Source of the DNA: Cyanobacteriota bacterium
Lineage (GTDB): Bacteria > Cyanobacteriota > Cyanobacteriia > PCC-6307 > Cyanobiaceae
Assembly (NCBI GenBank): GCA_046052125.1
Contig: JBJOMY010000004.1
Coordinates: forward strand, 1 to 64,000
Reading direction: 5' to 3'
Length of the DNA stretch: 64,000 bases
A program made the translations under genes and the position numbers. Within the stretch, counting starts at the first letter, position 1. Every line of letters starts with the position of its first letter. Below the pieces are notes generated by a model. The model was not told where the DNA came from and searched no databases. It saw only the letters and a list, made by a program, of their open reading frames with translations. Shown piece by piece: positions 1 to 7,883 of this stretch.

Positions 1-1
1 A

Positions 2-46
2 GCAGAAGCCACCCCCGTGGCTCTGACTGCCCCCGCCATCGGCTGA
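2..46 (+). CDS. psbA: Photosystem II D1 protein, 3' end only (partial)
   Basis: Frame from nt 2 reads AEATPVALTAPAIG*, the characteristic picocyanobacterial D1 C-terminal extension; followed by hairpins and a terminator. Confidence 0.9.
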   Translation, partial: AEATPVALTAPAIG

Positions 47-84
47 GGTTGAACCTCTACAAGATTCAACCTCGGTTGGATCAG

Positions 85-113
85 AAAGCCCCTGCTACGG
101 CAGGGGCTTTTTT
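85..113 (+). terminator. Rho-independent terminator downstream of psbA, possibly bidirectional
   Basis: AAAGCCCCTGC-TACG-GCAGGGGCTTT stem-loop followed by a T-run; a second hairpin lies at 45-73 (GAGGTTGAA...TTCAACCTC). Confidence 0.85.
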
Positions 114-823
114 GTTGGTAACGCTTGCGCAAGCACCGTGGGTAAGGCCGTATCCACGCTCAAGATCCGCTCGCCCAGATGTACCCGTTGGGCACCTGCC
201 GCCTCGGCGAGCTGCACTTCAAACGGCACAAAGCCCCCCTCCGGACCGATCATCACCACCGCTGGTTGTTGGGCAGCGCTGGCCAAGGCCTGGGGAGCAC
301 CCATGTCGGCGATCCAGCAGGGCCGGCACCCGCAGATCTCCCGCAGTTGATCTTCCACAAAGGGGCGAAAGCGTTTGTGCAGATGCACCTTCGGGGCGAT
401 GGTGTCTTTGGATCGCTCCAATCCCATCAGCAGGGCTTCATTGATGTGCTCTTGGCGCAAGAGCGGGCTCTGCCAATAACTCTTCTCCACCCGGGCACTG
501 TTGATCAGGTGGAGATCATTCACCCCGAATTCGGCGCATTGCCGCAAGATGCGGCGCAGCATTTTGGGCCGGGGAAGGGCGAGAACAAGGTCGAAAGCAT
601 GGCGCGGTGGTGGTGGCTCGTTGAGTTGCACATTGAGCTGAACGCCGTTGTCGTTGAGCGCCTCAATCACGGCCATGCCGCAGTTGCCGCCCAGCAGCCC
701 CACGCGCAGCGTGTCGCCCACGGCTGATTTCAACACCTGGCGAATGTGATCGGCGCGGCGATCGCGCACCAGGGCAACCGATGCAGCGATCCAGTCCTCC
801 TGGCTCATGAGAATGATGTTCAT
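95..823 (-). CDS. rsmE: 16S rRNA m3U1498 methyltransferase family (RsmE-like SPOUT paralog)
   Basis: HIRQVLK, LPRPK..EFGV, IGPEGGF and LGERILSVDTA motifs; start moved to ATG 823 (MNIILM), which overlaps the upstream stop as ATGA. Confidence 0.85.
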   Translation of the reverse strand: MNIILMSQEDWIAASVALVRDRRADHIRQVLKSAVGDTLRVGLLGGNCGMAVIEALNDNGVQLNVQLNEPPPPRHAFDLVLALPRPKMLRRILRQCAEFGVNDLHLINSARVEKSYWQSPLLRQEHINEALLMGLERSKDTIAPKVHLHKRFRPFVEDQLREICGCRPCWIADMGAPQALASAAQQPAVVMIGPEGGFVPFEVQLAEAAGAQRVHLGERILSVDTALPTVLAQALPTKKPLP

Positions 824-1338
824 GGCTGCAGCTGCAACGGGGTAGAGGGCTCGCCGATGTCTTCGGCCCAGAGATCGGGTTTTTCCTCCTGCATCCGCCG
901 CATCAGCTGCTCGCATCCGGGATCATCCAGACACTCCACGGCAATGCCCGCATCCAGGAGCCATTGCTCCGCCCCCTGAAAGCTGCGCCGTTCGCCGATC
1001 AGCACGCGGCGAAATCCGAGCAACACTGCCGTGCCCGCACACATCGGACAGGGGGAGAGGGTGGTGACCAGGGTGAGCTGATGCCAGTCGCGCCGGCGTC
1101 CGGCGTTGCGGATGCACTGGGTTTCGCCGTGGCTAGTGGGATCGCCGTTCTGCACCCGCTGGTTGTGACCCCGGGCCACGATCGTGCCGTCTTCGCTGGC
1201 AAGCACGGCGCCGATCGGAATGCCTCCCTCGATCCAGCTCTGCTCTGCTTCCTGCCGCGCCGCCTGCATCAGGGCCTGGATGGTGGCTTGATCCATCAGC
1301 GCTTGTGCAGTGGCTAATGGGGTTGTAGCCAGGCTCAA
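820..1338 (-). CDS. Zn-dependent cytosine/nucleoside deaminase (CDA fold)
   Basis: PIGAVL, HGE and PCPMC zinc motifs, C-terminal W.EDIG as in fungal-type cytosine deaminases; true start may be ATG ~1296. Confidence 0.85.
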   Translation of the reverse strand: MSLATTPLATAQALMDQATIQALMQAARQEAEQSWIEGGIPIGAVLASEDGTIVARGHNQRVQNGDPTSHGETQCIRNAGRRRDWHQLTLVTTLSPCPMCAGTAVLLGFRRVLIGERRSFQGAEQWLLDAGIAVECLDDPGCEQLMRRMQEEKPDLWAEDIGEPSTPLQLQP

Positions 1339-1394
1339 GCGCAGCGGATCCAGGCGGCGGCCTAGGTTTGATGCATCACCCCCTGAGGGCAGAC

Positions 1395-1655
1395 ATGGCC
1401 GAACGCAATGGCTCGGCCCGGGGGGAGGAACCAGCGCTCACCCTTGGGCAGCTTGAGGGCAGTTACCCGGCCTATTGCAAAGCCCTGAGGATCCTCATTC
1501 GAGAAGGGAAAACGCTCAAGCAGATCCAACGCACGATGTGTTGGCACCGTTTGGTGATGCTCCATGAGCGCATGCCGCGCCAATACCGCGATCCGCTGCT
1601 CCACTACGGCATGACCAAGCGAGCCCTGGATGCGGATCAGGCGCGCGCCAAGTAG
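1395..1655 (+). CDS. DUF3136-family small protein
   Basis: LT.GQLE..YP.YCKALRIL...T.CW..L pattern of the picocyanobacterial DUF3136 family. Confidence 0.75.
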   Translation: MAERNGSARGEEPALTLGQLEGSYPAYCKALRILIREGKTLKQIQRTMCWHRLVMLHERMPRQYRDPLLHYGMTKRALDADQARAK

Positions 1656-1666
1656 CTGAAGGCGCT

Positions 1667-1849
1667 TCAGCGGGCGTGAGGCTCGTTCGACCAGATGCGC
1701 TCCAGGGAGCGACGGAACTCCCGCTCAGTCATCGGCCTTGGCAGCCGGCGGCGGGGCAAGCTGCTGCCAATCCACCAGAGTTGCAGCCCCCCGAAGGCCA
1801 GCGCAAACAGGGCCATTTGCCAAGTGCCCGCGTTGAGCTGATCCATCAA
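1667..1849 (-). CDS. Small hypothetical single-TM protein
   Basis: 60-aa ORF with a hydrophobic helix (MALFALAFGGLQLWWIG) and a basic tail. Confidence 0.55.
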   Translation of the reverse strand: MMDQLNAGTWQMALFALAFGGLQLWWIGSSLPRRRLPRPMTEREFRRSLERIWSNEPHAR

Positions 1850-1994
1850 TCCGTTGCGTCCTCAGCGATGCAAGGCCCAGCGCTGCGCTTGGTCGCACGG
1901 TAAGGATGCAGAATCGCGTCCGTGACCTTCTGTTCTGTAGCAGCAGAAAGGGAGATGGCAGCTGATACGGTCAGTCATCCCATCGCGTTGCGGC

Positions 1995-2255
1995 GTGGAT
2001 TTCTCCTCGCCACCACTACTGGATGCGCTGGATCACTTCTGCCATCAAGTAGACACCGACCCAGATGTTGCGCGGTTGTTTTATGCCGCCACCACACCAG
2101 AGGAGATGGTGGATCTCGTTCAGGAGTGCGGCATCTTCATCGGACCGGACGACTTTCGGGCCCTGCTGAGAAGCGGCACCACCGAGTTCTGGCTCGTGCG
2201 TGGCGGATCAGCGATCAATCCCATCGCCCATCTGCAGCAGGTGTTTCGCGTTTAA
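1995..2255 (+). CDS. Nif11-like domain protein
   Basis: L..F...V..D......AA.TPEE.V.L....G.....DD pattern resembling Nif11 leader domains. Confidence 0.6.
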   Translation: MDFSSPPLLDALDHFCHQVDTDPDVARLFYAATTPEEMVDLVQECGIFIGPDDFRALLRSGTTEFWLVRGGSAINPIAHLQQVFRV

Positions 2256-2260
2256 ACCGC

Positions 2261-2464
2261 TCAGCGTGCGGCATGATCGCGCTGGGCTTGCTCCAGCTGA
2301 TCCTCCTGCCAGGCCCGCTGCAGATCCATGCGCGTGATCCGGTAGCCCAGGCGCCGCCCCGCGAGGATCAGTTCTTTGCGCGAGCGGCAGTGCTTCAGCG
2401 CTCGCTGCAGGGCATGATCGGCCTCCACATCGGCCACGAAACGCTCCAGCTCTTGCCAGCTCAT
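2261..2464 (-). CDS. Nif11-like leader domain protein
   Basis: MSWQELERFVADVEADHALQRAL...ELI..GRRLGYRIT..DL, a Nif11 pattern; start ATG 2464. Confidence 0.75.
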   Translation of the reverse strand: MSWQELERFVADVEADHALQRALKHCRSRKELILAGRRLGYRITRMDLQRAWQEDQLEQAQRDHAAR

Positions 2465-2654
2465 CGGATGAACCCTGGGTCTCTCACCATGCCAAGGGTG
2501 TGAGGGGTGCGCCAGGTTCCTAAGAGCACATTCCCCCAGAGTCCGCTTCAGGCCTGGGAAATTTGCTGAGCCGTTGGCCTGCTCGCCCGCCGACGCCCCG
2601 ACCCGAAGCGTCGGCGCAATAGGCATTAATATCTGTAACGAATGCTTGACCGCC

Positions 2655-2813
2655 ATGGCCAGCTCCGATTTCAAGATCCCTTACCAGCGCACCGGCTTCG
2701 TGCCCTTCGCTGAGTCCCTCAATGGCCGCCTGGCCATGCTCGGCTTTGTGATCGCCATCGCCACCGAGGCACTGAGCGGCAAGGGCATCCTCGGCCAGCT
2801 GGGTCTGGGCTGA
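2655..2813 (+). CDS. hli: High-light inducible protein (Hli/SCP)
   Basis: AESLNGRLAMLGF chlorophyll-binding motif. Confidence 0.92.
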   Translation: MASSDFKIPYQRTGFVPFAESLNGRLAMLGFVIAIATEALSGKGILGQLGLG

Positions 2814-2890
2814 TGAATCTGATCATTCCCGCTCTGTTGATCACGGCTTGGCTGGTGACAGCCCTGGCGGGTCGTTCCGCTAACGCCTGA
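2813..2890 (+). CDS. Putative 25-aa hydrophobic microprotein
   Basis: MNLIIPALLITAWLVTALAGRSANA*; TGATG overlap with the hli stop; followed by a hairpin. Confidence 0.4.
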   Translation: MNLIIPALLITAWLVTALAGRSANA

Positions 2891-2897
2891 GGGCAAA

Positions 2898-2939
2898 GGG
2901 CAGCAGCTTCAATCCGCCCCGCGGCTGAAGCTGCTGCCC
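2898..2939. terminator. 14-bp stem hairpin between convergent ORFs
   Basis: GGGCAGCAGCTTCA ... TGAAGCTGCTGCCC perfect inverted repeat, no U-tract. Confidence 0.55.
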
Positions 2940-3102
2940 AAGTGGCGGACCTCCTCGAGCACCTCGCCCGCTTTTTCACCAGGCGGTCCATCCGATCGGT
3001 GAGCTTGGCCTTGGTCTTGGCCACCACATAGGCCTCGAAATGGCTTCGCCGCCACACCTCATCGCTCCAATCGGTTTCATGGAAGCTGCGGCTCTGGATC
3101 AC
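2909..3102 (-). pseudogene. Possible frameshifted small hypothetical gene
   Basis: GTG start; reads IQSRSFHETDWSDEVWRRSHFEAYVVAKTKAKLTDRMDRLVKK, then protein-like sequence continues in another frame (AGEVLEEVRHLG...*) at an A5 run. Confidence 0.35.
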
Positions 3103-3279
3103 GATGGGCTTCGCCCTCGCTTGGATGGATGACTCAGGGTCCTCGATCGTGTATCGATGCGCCGCAAATCTGCGGATGCACTTTGGAGTCGGGGTTGATT
3201 CAGGCTTTCTTGCCAGGGTTCCCTGATTCAGGCAGTAACCATCACCGCTCTTCACGCCTCGAGGGCTCAGGATCACCTC

Positions 3280-3381
3280 ATGGACCGCTCCGATCTGCTG
3301 ATTGCCTTCCTGGCCTTCGGGGCTGCGGTCACGACCCTGGGTTTTTGGCTCTGGTCGAGCCTGGGGGATGCGGAGCCCTGA
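3280..3381 (+). CDS. Putative 33-aa single-TM microprotein
   Basis: MDRSDLLIAFLAFGAAVTTLGFWLWSSLGDAEP*; clean hydrophobic helix, GC3-rich codons. Confidence 0.45.
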   Translation: MDRSDLLIAFLAFGAAVTTLGFWLWSSLGDAEP

Positions 3382-3464
3382 CAGCCCAACGCTGCTGAGG
3401 GCTGCGTGCTTCCGGGGCTCAGGCAGGATATCTACGTGCCTGCGGCCCCTTCTGGATCGCCTAG

Positions 3465-6203
3465 TCAGCTCCCGCTTTGACGCGCAGTCGCGTACCCATA
3501 AGCGCCACGTGCCAATACTTCGTCCTGGGAGAAGGTTGCGAAGTAGTAGATCAGATTGGTGACCGAGCCGCTCCATCCGGTCTGGTGGCTGGCACCAATG
3601 CCGGCTCCGTTGTCGCCATGGAAGTATTCATAGAACAGCAGATAGTCTTGCCAGTAAGGATCAGATTGGAAGGTTTTCTGGCTTCCAAAGACGGGTCTCA
3701 GGCCCGCTTCATTGCGCGTGAAGATTGAGGCCAGTCTTTGCGTGAGATTCTCAGCTATTTCATAGAGATTCGCCATCTGCCCGCTGCCAGTGGGGAACTC
3801 AACCTGGAAGTTTTTCCCGTAATAGGCAAAGGAGGCAACTAAGGAGCGGATGATCATTAAGTTGACTGGCATCCAGATCGGCCCGCGCCAGTTGCTATTG
3901 CCGCCAAACAGGCCTGAATCAGACTCGGCGGGCAAGTATTGGACGACATACTCTTGCTGGTTGTGGGCAAAGCGATAGGGTTCGGCTTCGTGTCGCTTTG
4001 AGATGGAGCGAATGCCGTACTCACCCAGAAACTCATCAGGGTCGAGCATGATCTTCAGCACGCGCCTAAAGTTGTTCTCATCGAGGGCTGACATCATGTG
4101 CCGGTTGGCATGACCCTCAAGCCTGATGTCGTGAAATGAAGCACGATGATTTGGGTATTTGGCCCGGAGCTGGTCTCCAATCTTGGCAAGACCGTACTCC
4201 TCCATTGCATCTCTTTCAAAGACACACACGGCGCACAAGGGAATCAGGCCGACCATCGACCTCACCTTGAGTCGCGCCGAGCTGCCATCGCTTCTGCGAA
4301 AAACATCATAGAAGAATCCATCTTCTTCATCCCACATGCTCGCACTTGCATTGCGATTGATCATCGCATAAGCAACCGAGAGAAAATGCAGCATAAACTT
4401 AGCTGGATAGTCGTAATATGTGTCATCTTGCTGTGCCAGATCAACAGCGATTTGCGCCATAGTCTGCGCGTAAAAGGCCATCCAGGCCGTGCCATCGGCT
4501 TGCTCCAGGCTCCCGCCCATCTCAGGCGATTCGGTGCGATCAAAAATCCCGATATTGTCGAGGCCCAGGAAGCCACCCTGAAAAACGTTGTTGCCGTCGA
4601 TATCTTTTCGATTCAGCCACCAGGTGAAGTTAATTAGTAACTTATGAAAGCTTTGCTTCAGCCATCGATAATCGCTTTGGCCGCTAAGCATTCTGTCTGT
4701 TAAGTAGACAGAATGCGTCGCCCAGGCATGCACGGGTGGATTCACATCGCCAAAGTTCCACTCATAGGCAGGAATCTGTCCGTTGGGGTGGAGGTATTGG
4801 CTGCTCAGCATCAAGCTGAGTTGTTGTTTGGCGAAACTGGGATCCACCAAAGCGAATGTGGTGGCGTGAAAGGCCAGATCCCAGGCCGCATACCAGGGGT
4901 ATTCCCATTTGTCGGGCATGGAGATGACATCACAGTTCTTCATGTGATGCGACTGCTGATTCCTGAAGCTCTGGGTGTTCTTATCGCCCAGTGGATCAAT
5001 GCCGCGCTGCTGGAGCCAAGGCGAGACGTCGTAGTTGTAGAACTGTTTGGACCACAGCATCCCTGCCATGGCCTGTCTAAAGATGAGTTGTTGATCGGCG
5101 CTCAAGCCGGCTGGCATCACACAGGCGTAAAATGCGTCACTTTCTTGTTGTCTGCGCTCCAAGACTTGATCAAAGCCTTGGGCGGTATGACCGGTCTGTA
5201 TTTCGGTTGCTGATTGACTGAGCCGCAGCTTGATTGTGCTTGAGGCATGGGCTGCAATCGCGAGGTTGTAGATCGCTGATGCTTTGGTGCCTTGCTCGGC
5301 TGGATTCACCGCTTCCGTTTCGCCATGCACCACATAGCGGTTGATGCCGCATTTGGTGTATCGCGACTGGTTGGGCTGTTGGAAGAGGGCCTCGGTGTTG
5401 GTTTCGTTGTCGGTAAACACCAGCTCATCGGCGCCTTCGCAGGTGAGGGTGAACTGGCCGAGCTCTGGGTGCAGCGCATCGAGGCTGGGGATGCCTCCTG
5501 CGCCTGAACGACGCTTGAGCAACGGTTTGGGGCTAGAGCCATCAGCCCACGTGTTGCGAAACCAGAGGGTTGGCAAGACAGCCAGCTTGGCCGTTTGTTC
5601 GGAGCGGTTGTGCGCCGTGATCTGGATCAGTAGATCCTCTGGGCCGGCTTTGGCGTATTGAACTTCAACATCGCAATATTCATTGTTGCCAAAGATCCCT
5701 GTATCAATTAGTTCGTATTCTTGTTCGTGGCGCGTCCTTGTTTTGTTGGTGGCAACGAGATCTTCGTAGGGGTAGGCATTGAGCGGATATTTGTAGAGGT
5801 AACGCATGTAGGAATGCGTTGGTGTCGAGTCCAGGTAGTAGTAGTATTCTTTAACGTCTTCCCCGTGGTTTCCTTCGCTGTTGGTGAGGCCAAACAGGCG
5901 CTCTTTGATGATCGGATCCTTGCCATTCCAGAGGGCTAAGGCGAAGCAGAGGTGCTGGTGGTCATCGCTGATGCCAGCCAGCCCATCTTCTCCCCATTGG
6001 TAGGCGCGGGATCTCGCCTGATCGTGACTAAACGACTCCCAGGCATTGCCGTCTGGGCTGTCGTCCTCGCGAACCGTGCCCCATTGCCTTTCGCTTAGAT
6101 AAGGCCCCCACTTTCTCCATGGCTGTTGGCCCTGGTTCGCTTCCGCAAGCCGTTGGTGCTCAGGCGAAAGGGCAGTTGAGGCTTGTGCCTGAGACTCCGC
6201 CAT
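3465..6203 (-). CDS. MGH1-like glycoside hydrolase (GH63-related glucosidase)
   Basis: WGPYLSERQWGTVRED, SMPDKWEYPWYAAWDLAFH, LDN, NWRGPIW, EYFHGDNGAGIGASHQTGW motifs. Confidence 0.9.
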   Translation of the reverse strand: MAESQAQASTALSPEHQRLAEANQGQQPWRKWGPYLSERQWGTVREDDSPDGNAWESFSHDQARSRAYQWGEDGLAGISDDHQHLCFALALWNGKDPIIKERLFGLTNSEGNHGEDVKEYYYYLDSTPTHSYMRYLYKYPLNAYPYEDLVATNKTRTRHEQEYELIDTGIFGNNEYCDVEVQYAKAGPEDLLIQITAHNRSEQTAKLAVLPTLWFRNTWADGSSPKPLLKRRSGAGGIPSLDALHPELGQFTLTCEGADELVFTDNETNTEALFQQPNQSRYTKCGINRYVVHGETEAVNPAEQGTKASAIYNLAIAAHASSTIKLRLSQSATEIQTGHTAQGFDQVLERRQQESDAFYACVMPAGLSADQQLIFRQAMAGMLWSKQFYNYDVSPWLQQRGIDPLGDKNTQSFRNQQSHHMKNCDVISMPDKWEYPWYAAWDLAFHATTFALVDPSFAKQQLSLMLSSQYLHPNGQIPAYEWNFGDVNPPVHAWATHSVYLTDRMLSGQSDYRWLKQSFHKLLINFTWWLNRKDIDGNNVFQGGFLGLDNIGIFDRTESPEMGGSLEQADGTAWMAFYAQTMAQIAVDLAQQDDTYYDYPAKFMLHFLSVAYAMINRNASASMWDEEDGFFYDVFRRSDGSSARLKVRSMVGLIPLCAVCVFERDAMEEYGLAKIGDQLRAKYPNHRASFHDIRLEGHANRHMMSALDENNFRRVLKIMLDPDEFLGEYGIRSISKRHEAEPYRFAHNQQEYVVQYLPAESDSGLFGGNSNWRGPIWMPVNLMIIRSLVASFAYYGKNFQVEFPTGSGQMANLYEIAENLTQRLASIFTRNEAGLRPVFGSQKTFQSDPYWQDYLLFYEYFHGDNGAGIGASHQTGWSGSVTNLIYYFATFSQDEVLARGAYGYATARQSGS

Positions 6204-6266
6204 GGTGTGGCAGCACTTGATGGATTGAGTAGCTGCACCCTAGGAGTTGCCATTGATGGTGCTCTG

Positions 6267-7805
6267 TCACAACGGGTGTTGTTGCCGATGACCGATCACC
6301 AGCAGCAGAAGGCTGATGGCACCAAGCAAGCCCACGATGAGCGCTACGCCCACCATGGTTCCCGCCAGCCCACTGGCGTAGGCCTCGCTCATCACCTGAA
6401 TGGCGTTTGCCCCCGCACCGCCAGGTTGGCTGAGCCGGCCTCCACTGAGGGCCTCTCGCAACAGGCTCTCGAGCTGGCGGCTCTGGTTTGGGCTGGAGCC
6501 CAGCTGCAGCAAGCGATCGCGAAGGCTCACGAACCCGAAGCCGTTCACCAGGGCACCGCTGGATCCAAACCCCAGGGCGAAGCCCAACTGCCCGGTGGTG
6601 GTGCGAAACGCCGTCACTGAGCCCAGCGAGCTTGCCGGGGCTTCCTGCACGAACAGTGCGGACTGGGGGACGGAGATCAAGCCCAAGCCCATCCCCATTA
6701 GCACCAACGCGACTGCAAGCGAGCTGTAAGAACTCTCAGCTCGCACTAGGCCCAACAACAACAGCCCGATCACCAGTGAGGACATCCCAGCCGCGACCAG
6801 CTGCGTGGTGCGGCGACCTGGACGCATCACTAGGCCCGCCAGCACAACACCCACACCCGCAGAGATGAGCATGGGGAGCTGCGCCAGGGCCACCTGCCCC
6901 GTGCTGTAACGCTGCACCAGCTGCCAGAAATTGCTCGTTTGCAGTTGCACCACAGCCCAGGCGAAGTTGAAGGCAATCCCGCTCACGATCGCTGCCACAA
7001 AGCATCCGCGCCGATACAACGACACCGGGAAGATGGGCTCCTGCCGACTGCGCTCGATGAGTCCGTGTACGCCGAACAGCACAATCCCTGAAAGGGTTGG
7101 CACCAGGAATTGCGGCGACGTCACACCGCTCACCGCATGACTCACACCGCTTAGAAACAGCACCATCGCCCCACCGATGCTCACCAGGCCTCGCCAATCG
7201 GCTCTGAGCTCGTTGTTGGCTGGCATCTCTGGCAACAGCGATGGCAATAACGCCAGGCAGAGCAGTGCGATCAGGGGCACCAAGCCCAGGGCGAGGCGCC
7301 AGCTGCTGTCGGCTAATAGGCCACCCAACAGTGAGCCGGCGAGGAAGGTGGCGAGGATCAGTAGATTCCAAATCCCCAACGCCTTGCCAAGTTGGTTGGG
7401 CTGGCTCACGCAGCGCACAGCCGCAAACGAGAGCACGAGCACACCGCCCACGGCGATCCCCGCCAGGGCTCGGCCCAGCAGAAAGAGGCCTGCATGAGGC
7501 GCCGCCAGAGCAATGCCATCACCGGCGATCGATAACACCAAGGCGCCCATCAACACTTGCTTGCGCCTGAAGCGATCTCCCAGAAAGCCCATCAGCAACA
7601 CGGTGGCCGCCTGCGCCAGCGTGGAGAGACTGGCCGCTAGCGCCAAGGTGGCGCCATGCATCTCCAGGGTTTGGCTGGCCTTCACCAGTGCAGTGTTAGC
7701 CACAACGGGATCAATCAACTGAAGGCTGGCGAGAACACCGAGGAAGGGCACCGCCAGGTCGCTGGTGCGTCTATTGCTCAGGGTGTGATCCGCGTTGTTG
7801 GTCAT
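6267..7805 (-). CDS. MFS transporter (DHA2-like, ~14 TM)
   Basis: G.LGDRF.RK motif A, GRALAGI, SWR motif, many hydrophobic helices. Confidence 0.88.
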   Translation of the reverse strand: MTNNADHTLSNRRTSDLAVPFLGVLASLQLIDPVVANTALVKASQTLEMHGATLALAASLSTLAQAATVLLMGFLGDRFRRKQVLMGALVLSIAGDGIALAAPHAGLFLLGRALAGIAVGGVLVLSFAAVRCVSQPNQLGKALGIWNLLILATFLAGSLLGGLLADSSWRLALGLVPLIALLCLALLPSLLPEMPANNELRADWRGLVSIGGAMVLFLSGVSHAVSGVTSPQFLVPTLSGIVLFGVHGLIERSRQEPIFPVSLYRRGCFVAAIVSGIAFNFAWAVVQLQTSNFWQLVQRYSTGQVALAQLPMLISAGVGVVLAGLVMRPGRRTTQLVAAGMSSLVIGLLLLGLVRAESSYSSLAVALVLMGMGLGLISVPQSALFVQEAPASSLGSVTAFRTTTGQLGFALGFGSSGALVNGFGFVSLRDRLLQLGSSPNQSRQLESLLREALSGGRLSQPGGAGANAIQVMSEAYASGLAGTMVGVALIVGLLGAISLLLLVIGHRQQHPL

Positions 7806-7883
7806 CGTGACTGGCCTGCTTGGCGTTGATCACACCCGATCACAATGGCTTGTTGCGCTGAGGTGCAATCTCCAAGCTGAAGG

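Noticed and set aside
2626..2639. HLR1 (RpaB)-like motif TTAATATCTGTAAC upstream of hli
   Set aside because: Only one good half-site and the spacing is off by one; plausible but not supportable
2719..3576. 285-aa minus-strand ORF
   Set aside because: Overlaps hli, sORFs and the GH63 3' end; only the central ~45 codons look coding
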